Part shown: piece by piece, positions 38,477-51,199 of the stretch
How the letters are laid out: every line of letters starts with the position of its first letter
Position numbering within the stretch: position 1 is the stretch's first letter
Source of the DNA: Octopus sinensis
Lineage: Eukaryota
Direction: 5' to 3'
Assembly (NCBI RefSeq): GCF_006345805.1
Contig: NC_043011.1
Location: forward strand, 35,972,464-36,036,463
DNA length: 64,000 nt
Translations under genes and position numbers: made by a program
The notes under the pieces: generated by a model
What the model was told of the DNA's origin: nothing
What the model saw: only the letters and a program-made list of their open reading frames with translations
Database searches by the model: none

Positions 38477-39294
38477 CCTGCGCCTTCTTCACATCGTACA
38501 TGTTAATTACTTTTACATCTTTCCGTTTAATAAATTTCTCGATGATGTCATACTTGCTTTCGTAAAACTAAGGAAGAATCCTCACATGATTTCAATCCCT
38601 TTTGAGGTCTATTCAACTTTACTTGTAACACATGAGGGGAAAATATACCGCAGAGCCGACATTGAGCTATACAACAACGTGACAAAAAAATGTTATTTTT
38701 TATCTCCACTCAGCTCTGATCAACCCTGTCCTATGATCAAGGATATTCTATCCATAATAACACCGTGATTTTCCTCTACACTGCCAACTCAGAAACATAG
38801 CTAATGTGTCGTCTATAAAGCGGTGACGTACAATTTGAGGGAGATTTAGCTGATAGCTTTAGCATTTCAAGTACTTGACTTTGTAGAGGTATTCCTCAGC
38901 TGTCAACGACCGCTCGATTTGTTAAATACAGAAACCAAATCTTCCTCAAATTACAGTGCACCGTCAAAGTAAAGAGACGACATGAAACAGTTTAAAGCGT
39001 TTAATCCTTCGCTCTAGTACATCCTTTATAAATTCTGTAGCTTGACTGGTCCCAAGATCAAAGGTGCCTCAGTTGCAGACAAAAATCATTGTTTTCCAAA
39101 GAATGCATCGAGAACAACTGTATTATGTCCTTCATTTTTGAAGAGGCAGCATGTCACCATTGAAGTCTTTTATTCTTTCAAAGATATTATGTTCTAATGG
39201 CGGCTATTCTTTCAGGTATATCAAGTACTTGATACCGCACTCTCATTGTTTCATGCGCTATCGGTTTCTTTTTAATTATGTAGAGAAGAAAATA

Positions 39295-39510
39295 TAGAGG
39301 CTCATGATTTAGTAGTTAGAGCGTTCTCCTCGTGATCTTAAGATTGTGGTTTCGATTCCTAGACAGGGTGAAGCATCATGTTCTTGAGCAAAACACTTCA
39401 TTTCATGTTGCTCCAATCACTCTGGTTGTAAAAATGAGTAATCCTGCGATAGATCGGCGTCACATTCAGGGAGGAATAAATATATCGGCCAGAGAAACCA
39501 GAAAACCAGC
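39295..39510 (+). mobile_element. Old tRNA-derived SINE with V-domain-like motif
   Basis: Head GGTTTCGATTCC, GTTCTTGAGCAAAACAC, CCTGCGATAGATCGGCGTCACATTCAGGG, tail GAAACCAGAAAACCAGCCCTATG. Confidence 0.65.
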
Positions 39511-41725
39511 CCTATGTTCCTTATAAAGTAATGTGGACTAATCCAGAGAGCAAAATGGAGCTAAAGTAACGGTAAGAGCAGAATTTTCCATTACAAGATC
39601 TAGTTGTTAATGCGGTATGGAAGCTTGTGCACATGAATAATCTTGGAGCTGTGCCAGCGAAGCGCAAGATCCTGATAGCGCCGCCCATACTGGATAAGTC
39701 AAAGCTTAGAGGCCAGAACCTCTCCCTAAAGAAAAAATCAGTTTTCATAGGGCCAAAAGCCATACCTAGAAAAAAGCAAGAGAAAAATTACAGACGTACT
39801 GATGATAATTCCAAAGTAAGAAGACCTGAGAGAGAAGAAAGCTTCCTACAAGGAAAACGTATTAGTCAGTGCTACAGAATCCGAAAGAAAAATTAGCTGG
39901 TGCTGGGATACTGAAGCAGAACAAGAAAAGTAAGGATCCAACTGGAGAAAAACAGATGAAACACTCCAGAGTCATGGAAGATGGAGAAAAGTAATCAAAA
40001 GCCTTTCTCCATAGGAACAGAATGATTGGTGATAGTTCAAAACCAACGAAATATGGAAGAGAACAACCTAGAGTTGAGAATAGTAAAGTCATCCGCGAGA
40101 TATAAGGATCAAAGAACTCAACTAATTAAGCATCGATGACAATTCCAAACCGAAAAGATCTGAGAGAAGAAAGATTTCTATTAGGAAAACGCAACACACG
40201 CGATACAGCAAAATCCGAAAGAAAAATAGTTGGAAGCAGGATACTGAGGTAAAGCGGAAAAAAGTAAGGATCCAATGAGAGATAAGCAGAAAAGACCCCA
40301 GAGTCAAGAAGATGGAGCAAAGTCGTCGATGGAGTCTACTTCAAATATAGAAGGAGAAGGGGTTAAGCAGCAAGAGGAGAATTTGAACTCCGATAGACTA
40401 TCGAACAAATGTCATTAGATTACTTCTCAGAATCTTTGAATTCGACCAGAGTGAACTTAACGAAAATAGACAGAAGACGGAAGACAAAATGATTTGTGTA
40501 ATGTGACAAGATACTAATGGATATAAAAGACAAAAAAAGATAAGTCTGTGAGAATGAGAATATTGAAAATGAACCAGGTGAGAAATAAATTCCATAATTA
40601 CATACAGCGCACAGTGTTTGTAAAAGAAGATAGTAAATGTCATTTGAGAATAATTGAAAATAGATGGCAATATTTAACTAAGTTAAGCCAATGTATCTTA
40701 CTTTGAGATCTTCTTTTTATTCCTGGGTCTAACAATCATTGGTTGTCCTCTCACCACCCCTTTTAACACATGTACATTTGCGTGTAGGTGTATATGTATA
40801 TGTAAACGGCACTGTACATGAATATGAATGCCCGAGTACGAGCGACTGGAATGGAAGGAATATATATGTGTATGTATCAGAGAGAAAGAGAGAGTATTTG
40901 TTGTTGAGAGAGCAACAACGTGTTTGTGCAAAAGAGGATCAGATAGACAATGTGTGTATATGTGTGTGTAAGCAGAGATAGAGAGAGAAATATAGAGATT
41001 GATGAGGGAATATTGTATGCATGCATGTGTATGGCATGTAAGAAAAAGGGAATGCCTGTGTCCATGTGTATGTGTTTTACGGAGACAGGAGTTTATGTTT
41101 TCGTGCATGACTAAGTGTGTGTGTGTGTGTGCGTATGGCGTATGAGAAAAAGAATATGAGAAAATATGAGTTTGTGTCTGCATGCGTGTAGCATGTGTAA
41201 AAGAGAGAGAGAGAGAAAATGTATGTGTGTGTATGTGTATGTAATTTTAGTGTGTATGTGAGAAAGAAAGCAGGACGGAGACTATGTAAAAATGTGTGCA
41301 GATTAGATTTAGCTCATTCGTCATAACCAGCTGACTTTTTGCCTTTTATCAATTTATGCAATTTAAGTTCTATCAAAACGATAAGAGAATACAAATACAA
41401 AAAAAGAAAAAAAGAACAAAACAGAATCGACAAAGACGTTAATCTTGCGAGAAGGAAATAGCTACATTGTCTTAGAAAAGATCAAAATAAAGATTTTAAA
41501 TTTTACCTATCACACTGACTACGAAATAGAAAACTTTAGTATCTGAAGGTACTTTTAACACTTTCATTACCTTTAGTCCAGGAATAGGAAATCTGTCATT
41601 TTGTAAAAATCGAAAATAAAAACGGTGAGGTGAGAAAAACGTAGGAAAGCGGATAAGAAGGAAGTTAAAAAGAGCTCTTGTGAGCACCAGATCTTGTGTT
41701 CGAGACATTAGACACAATACTGTTT

Positions 41726-41889
41726 TATATTTAAGAGATGAGGAATTATGTACATTATTTACATTTGACGGATACTTGTCCTTATCTTGTTTGTTGCTAA
41801 CGTTTCGGCTGATATACCCTCCAGCCTTCATCAGGTGTCTTGAGGAAATTTCGAGCCTGGGTTCTCATTCCTAAGGTATTTTACGATGT

Positions 41890-41948
<59 letters not shown>

Positions 41949-42103
41949 CAATAATAACAACATCGTAAAATACCTTATGAATGAGAACCTAGGTTCGAAA
42001 TTTCCCCAAGACACCTGATCAAGGCTGGAGGGTATAACAGCCGAAACGTTGTGTTACCAGCAAACAAGATGAGGACAAATATCTGTCAAATGTAAATAAT
42101 GTA
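41726..42103. repeat. Fold-back inverted repeat of two family D 3' halves joined through (TAA)n
   Basis: 41748-41890 is complementary to 41961-42103; both arms carry hammerhead-like cores. Confidence 0.9.
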
Positions 42104-42129
42104 AATTAGACACAATATTGCTATTATTA

Positions 42130-42180
42130 TACAGTAATCCCTCGACCAATGCGAGTGTTACGTTCCAAAACCTCCAACAT
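42130..42180 (+). mobile_element. Tigger/pogo-like terminal fragment
   Basis: TA|CAGTAATCCCTCGAC start resembles Tigger-type TIRs; partner end not found. Confidence 0.35.
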
Positions 42181-42343
42181 AATTTTTTATTTCCCACAAG
42201 GGGTACACACAGAGGGGACAATATGAGACATGTAGGGACACGAAACAGAGAAAAACAAAAACGTATGAAAACAAGAGGAGATAAAACAATGAAAAGGAAA
42301 ATGCAATGAAGCTCCTCGGCCCCACCTCCCAGCAGCTTCATGT

Positions 42344-42990
42344 TTACCTTTGTTTCCTTTTGACCTTTGTTCCCTGAACAATGTCAATTTTGTGTTCCTC
42401 TATGAGTTCTATATAGTCTATGAATTGTGGTAACTTAGTTCTGTCTATATTCACTTTCCAATATGTGTACCTATACATAAATTTTTTTCACCTTTGCTAT
42501 TTGTTCTTCGTTCAACAATAAACACTTGTGCCATCCCTGTTTATTATCATACTTTTTTTGTATCCACAATCATTGGGTTTCGCCATGATGTTATTTCATC
42601 ATTCAGTTCCTCGTTCGTGTCATCGGAAATTAAAGCATAGCAACTTGTTTCCTTGGGCGCGGGAGGGGAAGTTTTTGAGGGGTTTTGTGTGAAAGTGCTT
42701 TTTTGTGTTTTTGTTTTTGTGTCGGAGGGGAGTGTGTAGGTTTGGTGTCTGTAGGCGGAGGATGGGGCAGAGAAAGTGCGGGTGGGTCTAAATCTAACTG
42801 ACATTCTTCCTTCTTTTCTCCTTTGGTGTCTTTTACCAACCGTTTCCTATGTATCAGTTTCCTCGTTTTCCTCCATTGTCACTGATTGCGAAGCCTCATT
42901 TTTTGCTGGTTTTACCTTGAGTTCTTCCGAGACCTCCTTGGACGGCGAAGGACAGTCCGCTCTAATGTGACCTTTCGGGCCACACTTATA
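42344..42990 (-). pseudogene. Decayed gag/ORF1-like C-terminus with zinc knuckle
   Basis: (G)YKCGPKGHIRADCP fits CX2CX4HX4C with first Cys changed to Gly; then acidic and Pro-rich linker and 50+ codon C-terminal segment over frameshifts. Confidence 0.6.
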
Positions 42991-43034
42991 ACCCCGCGAA
43001 GTGATAAGTGACAAAACCACCAACCTGAGACCCC

Positions 43035-43157
43035 AAAGCCGAGCTGGTGACCAAGATCAAGGAGGTGTCTGAAGATCTTTCATCGAACTCCGTGAGATAT
43101 GTGCCAGGTTCTAGTCTTGAAGTCGTGATGGATGTTGAGAGCGGCTAGTTTGAGTAA
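43035..43157 (+). mobile_element. Tc1/maT transposase C-terminal fragment
   Basis: KAELVTKIKEV..SLEVVMDVESG*FE* resembles the C-terminal RSRLEAVV region of the 57.3-58.4 kb transposase. Confidence 0.5.
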
Positions 43158-43452
43158 ACTGCTGTCCCCCAGCTATATCCTAGTTGTTATGTTTTGATTT
43201 TTAAAATGCTTTATTTTTGGATGTGATATTTTGTGTTTTCCTTTTATGCAATCTGTCAAATTTTGCCCGAACACACTGCATATAGTGTCAAAGTGTACAC
43301 TGCCCATCCACAATTTTAAGAAATCCGTTCAAATGCCATTAACCCTTTATGGTATTTCTTCTCTTTGCGGTTTTAATTCGTTTAAATTCATTTTCAGTTT
43401 AGTATTCAAAGTGTTTAAGCCGGCACTTGACTACACATTCTTCATCCTGAAG

Positions 43453-43755
43453 ATTGTTTGTACCTTCTCGAGCCATGCCTGGCTCATAGGGCCGCTTTCC
43501 CGGTTTCCTTGGCGTATAGCTTCCCCACCTGGACGGGACGCCGGTCCGTCGCAGGTGAGCTGTAAGATGCAGGAGGAAAGAGTGAGAGAAAGTTGTGGCG
43601 ATAGAGTCAGCAGAAGTTCGCCATCACCTTCTGCCGGAGCCGCGTGGAGCTTAGGTGTTTCGCTCATAAATACACACATCGCCCGGTCTGAGATTCGAAC
43701 CCGCGATCCCTCGACTGTGAGTCCGCTGCTCTAACCACTAGGCCATGTGCCTCCA
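43453..43755 (-). mobile_element. SINE sharing the family C head but with a different V-domain-like 3' half
   Basis: Head GGAGGCACATGGCCTAGTGG..GGTTCGAATC; diverges after TCTCTCACTC into CCTGCGACGGACCGGCGTCCCGTCCAGG. Confidence 0.8.
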
Positions 43756-44482
43756 CATACAGAAGATATGTTTCTGAAATATTCCAATATAAAAAAAATA
43801 ATGGTTTTTAAGACTTGTCAAATAAAATTACCTACTTTTGTATAAGATTTCTACAATTCATTGTAACTACTCACAGTTCTGTTGTGAGCTTTAGTAAATT
43901 GACGCAAGATGGTGACTTTAGTTCAGCACCGAATAAATAGCTAGAAACGGAGAGGCTGATGAGAGAAACAGAATTTGAGAAGGAAAATATTACTAGGACA
44001 TTCAACGAACATAGCCAATGGTAGTGGTAGGCTAGTAATGGTGCTGAATGGCTGGTGTGATGTAGAATAAGAATAAATAATGTATTTGGAAAACTGAGGT
44101 GTGTGAATATAGAAAGTAGAAGTAGATAGCAAAAGCAGAAAAAAATGGAAAAAATACAGGAAAAGAAAGGGAATATTTAAAAAAAAACTGGAAGTCTAGG
44201 AAGAAGCTATGAGAAGAGGCAGAATAAGCTGAAGGAACTGGAATAAGATGTTGGTAAAAGGATATAGAAGAAAAAGTAAAACAGCAACAAAAGATGGGAG
44301 ATAGAAGAGAAGCAACTACAAGTAACGGCGAAAGAACAAGGAAAAGTAAGAACAGTAGAAGAACCATGAATGTCAAATGTATATTTACACCACTGAACAT
44401 AGACTTAACTCTGTTAACAATCATGAGGCAACTAATCTAAGAAGCTGTCTGCAGCTATTAAAGAAAATCACAATAAACAGCG

Positions 44483-45913
44483 CTAAATTTTAACTTTTAT
44501 TGTAAAAGTTTGTTTTCTTTATTAATTTAGTGCATTGGTTTTCTACTTCGAATAGTTCTGGTATAGTGTTCTATCAGTTGAAAGTATTCAATCTAGGAAG
44601 TAATCTACTTTGAAAGTGTAGAACTTTCGAGAAGATCTGAAATAATTTATTTCAACGGTCAATCTCGAAATAGATACCGCTATAAATATTACCAGGTAAT
44701 ATATAGTTTTTGTTTTTCTTAAAAACCAAAAAAAAAAAAATACTCGTGGCTGAAAATAAAATGCCAAAGGTCATCTGCACGACACGAAACCGCATCACAG
44801 ATACCGTAAATAGTTTCAGCTGATACTGGTATTTTGAATAATATCACATGATCTGTGTGGTTAATTTCTACTTTAAATTATTTCACAGGATACTTGCTTC
44901 CTATTTTGAATAATTTAATCGTATAGATAGATATACTGCTTATGCAAAAACAGTTAAGGTGAAAAAGAAATCGCCTATTTCATAGTTTTACCGAAATTAT
45001 TCTAAATTCCAAACTGTTCTTTCTAAGTAATGGCTGAAGAACAAGGAAAAATAGTAACACCTGAAGAACCATGAATGTCAAATATATATTTACACCACTG
45101 AACATAGATCTAACTCTGTTAACAATCATGAGATTGCTAATTTAAGTAGCTGTCTGTGTCTATTAAAGGAAATCGCATTAAATTCTACTAAATTTTAACT
45201 TTTATTGTAAAAGTTTGTTTTCTTTATTAATTTAGTGCATTGGTTTTCTACTTCGAATAGTTCTGGTATAGTGTTCTATCAGTTGAAAGTATTCAATCTA
45301 GGAAGTAATCTACTTTGAACGTGTAGAACTTTCGAGAAGATCTGAAATAATTTATTTCAACGGTCAATCTCGAAATAGATACCGCTATAAATATTACCAG
45401 GTAATATATAGTTTTTGTTTTTCTTAAAAACCAAAAAAAAAAAAATACTCGTGGCTGAAAATAAAATGCCAAAGGTCATCTGCACGACACGAAACCGCAT
45501 CACAGATACCGTAAATAGTTTCAGCTGATACTGGTATTTTGAATAATATCACATGATCTGTGTGGTTAATTTCTACTTTAAATTATTTCACAGGATACTT
45601 GCTTCCTATTTTGAATAATTTAATCGTATAGATAGATATACTGCTTATGCAAAAACAGTTAAGGTGAAAAAGAAATCGCCTATTTCATAGTTTTACCGAA
45701 ATTATTCTAAATTCCAAACTGTTCTTTCTAAGTAATGGCTGAAGAACAAGGAAAAATAGTAACACCTGAAGAACCATGAATGTCAAATATATATTTACAC
45801 CACTGAACATAGATCTAACTCTGTTTAACAATCATGAGATTGCTAATTTAAGTAGCTGTCTGTGTCTATTAAAGGAAATCGCATTAAATTCTACTAAATT
45901 TTAACTTTTATTG
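44483..45913 (+). repeat. Near-identical 705-bp tandem duplication within an older diverged repeat
   Basis: GAACCATGAA at 44361, 45066 and 45771; one substitution and one 1-bp indel seen between the recent copies. Confidence 0.95.
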
Positions 45914-46439
45914 CCGAATTTTGTTTTATTTATTAATTTGGTGTACTGTTTTCTGCTTTGAATATTTCCACCTGATAGATACTTTCTGCTTTGAATAACA
46001 TCAATTTTAGAGTTACGCTGCTCAATCAAAAACAGTTAAGGTAAGAGCAGCTCAGTTACTGATTTAACAGTTCTATCAAAAGTATGCTTTAAATTCTGAT
46101 CTATGCTTCTTACCGAGTTTTATATTTTGTCACAATAAATGTTGGTGTTGTAGTTTAGATACCTTATGCACAGACTTGTAATCAAAAGCAGCTCAAACAC
46201 GAAACAACTGAAATGAAAGTAAAAATAAAGAGATATATAGACAAGTTCTTTGGCTTGCTTTCTTTTTAGCGGGTGTGTCAAAAACTACATGCTCTGAAAT
46301 GCGACCTTCCAATTTATAAAGACGGAAGAGAGAAATTCGGCTGCTTTTCTGTCAGTATGGATAAATACTTAGGTATTCTTTTGTTGATTTTAGTTTCAAT
46401 GCCGTTAGTGTGAGCCTCCCATTGGGGAGACGAGGAGAT

Positions 46440-46620
46440 GACAGAGTCGTTAGATCGTCGTGGAAAATGCTTTGCGGTATTTGTTCTGAGTTCAAATCCA
46501 ACCGAAGGCAATTTTCTTTTTCATCCTTTCGGGGCCGATAAAAATGCCAGTTGAGCACTGAGGGGGGAGGGGCGGATTTTTTCCTCCCCTCAACATTACT
46601 GGCCTTGTGACAAAAATTGG
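46440..46620 (+). mobile_element. SINE family A (diverged)
   Basis: GAGTTCAAATCC B box and body. Confidence 0.7.
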
Positions 46621-46970
46621 GAGTGGTAAGAAGCTGGCTTCTCAATCACTTAGTACCGGGTTCAGTCCCACTGCATGGCACCTTGGGCATGTGTCTTCTA
46701 CTGTAGCCTCGGGTCAATTAAAGCTTTGTGTGTGGATTTGGTAGACGGAAACTGAAAGAAGCCCATCGTATATATATATATGTGTGTGTGTGTGTATGCA
46801 TATGTGTGTGTGTGCATGTGTGTGTATGCGTGTGCATGTGCATTTGTGTGTCTGTGTTTGTCTCCCCACCATCGCTTGACAACTGATATTGATGCGGTTC
46901 GGCAAAAGATACTGCTATAATAAGCACTAGGCTTACAAAGTCAAATAACTGAAGCAAGTAAAATAATAAA
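46621..46970 (+). mobile_element. SINE family B
   Basis: GGGTTCAGTCCCACTGCATGGCACCTTGGGCA. Confidence 0.85.
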
Positions 46971-46974
46971 ATCC

Positions 46975-47420
46975 TTTCTGTTATAGGCACAAGGCCTGAA
47001 ATCTTAGAGGAAGGGGGTAGTTGATCACATCGACCTCACTTTTCTATTGATCCCGAAGGGATGAAAGTCAAAATCGACCTTGGAGGAATTTCAATCCAGA
47101 ACATAAAGGCGGACGGAATGCCGCTAAGCATTTTGCCCGACGTGCTAACGATTCTGCTAGTTCGCCGCCTTAGCATTGTTAAGTATCAGAAATCTGTTTG
47201 ACTCTTTCTGGCGGATTGGCAAAATGGTTAGAGCATCTGAAAGAAAAAGAACACTGGTTTGCGGTATTTTTTCTGGCTCTCACATTCTGAATTCAAATCC
47301 AGCCATGGTCAAAAATGCCTTTCATCATTTCAGGGATGATAAAACAATGTATCACACAAGCACAGGGGCTGACAGTATGAACTTATCTGCTCCCAACAAA
47401 AATGCTAGTCTTACTCTTAA
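46975..47420. mobile_element. Two diverged family A SINEs, head-to-head (46975-47172 minus; 47190-47420 plus)
   Basis: Family motifs on opposite strands. Confidence 0.65.
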
Positions 47421-48049
47421 ATTTGAAGCTATTTCCATGATTTTCTTCCATCAAAACAGGTGCATAACAGGTCCATCAAAACGGGTGCATAAAATAGAAT
47501 ATTTTTAAAATAATGTTTTCAATCTATTGATCATACCTTTAGGAAACGTCTTTAATATTTACATCCTTCTTTGCATTTCAAACGGTTTCCTCTCCGATTA
47601 TCATTAAAAATCTTATTGTTCAATCTGTATACCAGACTAGATTCGAACTAGCAGTCTTTGTGTTTATTCATTTTTCTTTAAGTGTGAAATATTTTAATAA
47701 GAGATTTAGTGTGTTTATCTTAATTAGTATTCTGATTTATTCTAATAACACTTGCTCAAGGATGAATTATAAAATTTCTGCAATGCATTATTTATATCTG
47801 AATTAGTAAGTGTTTACTGCTCTTAATTATAATTAAGTAGTCATTTATAAAATTTGCCAATTAATAATTTAAAAGAGAGAAATTAACATCTTTACTTTGC
47901 ACATTAAAATTTAGAGTGCAAAATGACCATTCGTTTAAACAATACAATGCCATTTTAGGGGGAGATGAAACACGGAAAAACTTGTATTTAAGCTGAAACT
48001 CATCATTCACTTTAAAAAATTCCGTCTCAATGTGAAGAAAGCACTTATC

Positions 48050-48289
48050 TTTTTACTTTTATTTTTTTTGTTTCAATCATTCGACTACGGCCATACTTGG
48101 GCATCGTTTTGAAGAATTCTAGTCGAATGAATCGACCCCCAGTAATCTTTTAAAGCCTAGTACTTATTCTATCGATCTTTTGCTGAACCGCTAAGTTACA
48201 GAGAACACCGGTTGTCAATCAGTGGTGAGTGGACAAACACAGAAACAAAGACACACATACATTGATACATACACGCATACATACATATC
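48050..48289 (-). mobile_element. SINE family B 3' half, interrupted by Tigger; head remnant at 49860-49930
   Basis: Tail and body to the microsatellite slot, then the CAGGCATACCC start. Confidence 0.7.
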
Positions 48290-49830
48290 CAGGCATACCC
48301 CGGTGTAAGTCGTTTCGATTTAAGTCGTTCTCGATTATACGTCAGTTTGCAAAAATAATATATGGAAAAATAAAAATCAAGTTAAGTCATTTTACTCAAC
48401 TTTACGTCTGTCCGCCAGAAATATTGTAATCGTAAAATCACTAGAAAACCGTTAATAGCGCATAAAATCGTGTTACTATACAATAAGTAAGAATAAAAGC
48501 ATATAAAATCATACAGTAAATGCTAAGATACACACCATAAAGTATTGTAGCTTAGTGAACGAAATCAAGAAATCAGCTGTGTTGTGTTATTTATCGGTCT
48601 TTCGGAGCTCATATTGCACTGTAGTTCCAGTATCTACCGTTAGGCGCCGTTGTCACTCGTGATTCCTACGATTGTTTTGAATTCAGATTTGTTTACGTCT
48701 GTTTATCGGCTACTTTCTCATTCTCATTCATTTGTGTCTTTGCTTTTTGCCCCCATGGCTCCTAAAAAAATTCACAGTGAAAGTGCTAAATAATATGCTA
48801 TAACACTGGAAGATAAACGGGCTATGATAAAATGCCATGATAAAGGTGAAAAAGTGGTAACAATTACACGATCTTTTGGGATGAGTCGGACAACTCTAAC
48901 GACGATTGCACATAATAAAAACAAGACTTTAGCACATATCAAATCTGAAGCCCCAGGGATGAAGACACTACCATCAATAAGAAAAGAGGCAAACTCTTTG
49001 AAGAAATGGAAAGTCTTCTTTCTCTTTGGGTTAGGTCGGAGGAAAAGGATTTCACAGATTTATTTGAAAAAGACAAGCAGCCCCTGACGAACGAGGATTT
49101 GATAGTTTCACGAGCAGCAAAATAAAGAAGAAGAGGAAGTCGAACCTGAGCTACGTCACTTTACCATTAAGAAAATGCAACAAGCATTTGCATATTACGC
49201 AAAAGGTCTTTCTATGTTCGTGGATATAGATCCAAATGCTCAACGCTTTACCAAGATTATGGGAGCTTGTCAAGAGGTTTTTGCTCCTAATAATGTAATC
49301 TTTGAGGAAAAGGATAAGACAATTCAAGGAACTCTCAACCGGTTTTTAAGCGCATCGAACACCAAGAATAACCAGAGTCAGCTATTGATGTTGACGATTC
49401 ACAGCCATCTACATCCGCGATGTAAATCACCAAATTGTTTGTACGTATTGGTAAATTTTAAATAATTAATTTTTTTTTTACTTTTGCAAAATAATAATAA
49501 TTACTGAATTTGTTTTTTAAGCTTGAAAAAGGCTTTTATTTTACCATGTTTTATCGCAAACTGCATTCACAAATAAAACGCCCGCGATGTACGGTAGACA
49601 CCGCCAAATTGTATTCGTAAATTTAGATTACTTTTCTTTTTAACTGTACTGTATATGACAATAAAAATTATTTGTTTGTAAGCTTGAAATAGGTTTTTAT
49701 TAGCCATGTATTATTGAAAATGCATTCATAAATAAAGTACAGAACTGGGAACGATTATTTTCGGTTTAACCTAGAGAAAGTAAGTTCGGCTTAACCTAGC
49801 CAAGAGACAAATTAATTCGACTTAAGTTAT
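48290..49830 (+). mobile_element. Tigger/pogo-like deletion derivative
   Basis: Left end CAGGCATACCCC; ATG 48755 MAPKK..ITLEDK..SRTTLTTI (HTH) and EEMESLLSLWV, fused to C-terminal PLTNEDL..IQGTLNRF; DDE domain absent; right TIR not found. Confidence 0.85.
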
Positions 49831-50459
49831 TTTTCAAGCCTAAAAAAAGGCTTTTATATTACCACGTTGATCTGAACCCGAAACCATGTGGCTGTGAAGC
49901 AACCTTCTTACCATTCTGTCACACTTGTGCTCATACTGATACATATCTCAAAAAAACAATTACAATAATGAAGTAAAGAAACATAGGAGCAAATTATAAC
50001 ATCATGCTTGACAAAGCATAACTAGTATCTAGACGAAGAAAGATATCATAAAATTAATCACCGAAGGACGCCCTCTGCATGAAAAAGAATAGTCAAATTA
50101 ATGTTAACATAATTTAGTGGAAGTTGCGAACGATAGGGTGGAGGGACTCCGGAACCTTCCGAAATATTTTGCTAAATATTATGCAATGTATTCTTTGCTG
50201 CAGAAGTTTAATAGGACCAAAACGTGTAGAATTGTTTCTCGTCTTTTCTGAATTGATTAAAGTAAAATTAACCAGTAAGATAATGTCCGCCTCATTGTGT
50301 AGATATTATTTAAAAATTAAATTAAAATATAAGCTAAGACTCTTCCAATGTATCGCATATTTTCTTGAAATATGTCACAGTCTCTTCTTATGTGTGTGTG
50401 TGCGTGTGTTTGTGCTTATCTCTCACTCTCTCTCTCTCTTCTTCCACATATATTCATTT

Positions 50460-50815
50460 ATTTATTTACTTGTTTCAGTCATGGAGCACCGCCTTTAGTC
50501 GAACAAATCGACTTCAAGATTTAGTCTTTGTAAGCCCAGTACATATTCTATCGGTCTCTTTTGCCGAACCGCTAAGTTACAGGGACGTAAACACACCAGC
50601 ATTGGTTGTCAAGCGATGGTAGGTGGGTGGGTGGGTCGAACATAGAAATACAATTACATATATATATACATAAATATATACGACGGGCTTCTTTCAGCTT
50701 CTGTCTACCAAATCCACTCCCAAGACTTTGGTCAGCTTCAGGCTATACTAGAAGACACTTACCCAAGTTGTCGCGCAGTAGGAATGAACCCGGAACCATG
50801 TGGTTGGGAAGCATG
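50460..50815 (-). mobile_element. SINE family B
   Basis: Full match on the minus strand. Confidence 0.85.
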
Positions 50816-50819
50816 CCTC

Positions 50820-51199
50820 TTATTTCTTTATTGCCACAAGAGGACAAACAAGGGGATTAAGTCGATTACATCGACTCCAGTGCGTAATTGGTACTTGATT
50901 TATTGACCCCGAAAGGATGAAAGGCAAAGTCGACCTCGTTGGAATTTGAACTCAGACCGTAACGGCAGACGATATTCCTATTTCTTTACTACCTACAAGG
51001 GGCTAAACACAGGGGACAAACAGAGGGGACAGACAAACGGAGTAAGTCGATTATATCGACCCTAGTGCGTAACTGGTACCCCGAAAGGATGAAAGGCAAA
51101 GTCGACCTCAGCAGAATTTGAACTCAGAAGGTAACGACAGACGAAATACCACTAAGCATTTCGCTCGGCGTGCTAACGATTCTGCGAGCACGCCGCCTT
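50820..51199 (-). mobile_element. SINE family A dimer
   Basis: Two units, junction AAAGAAATAG|GAATATCGTC (sense). Confidence 0.85.
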
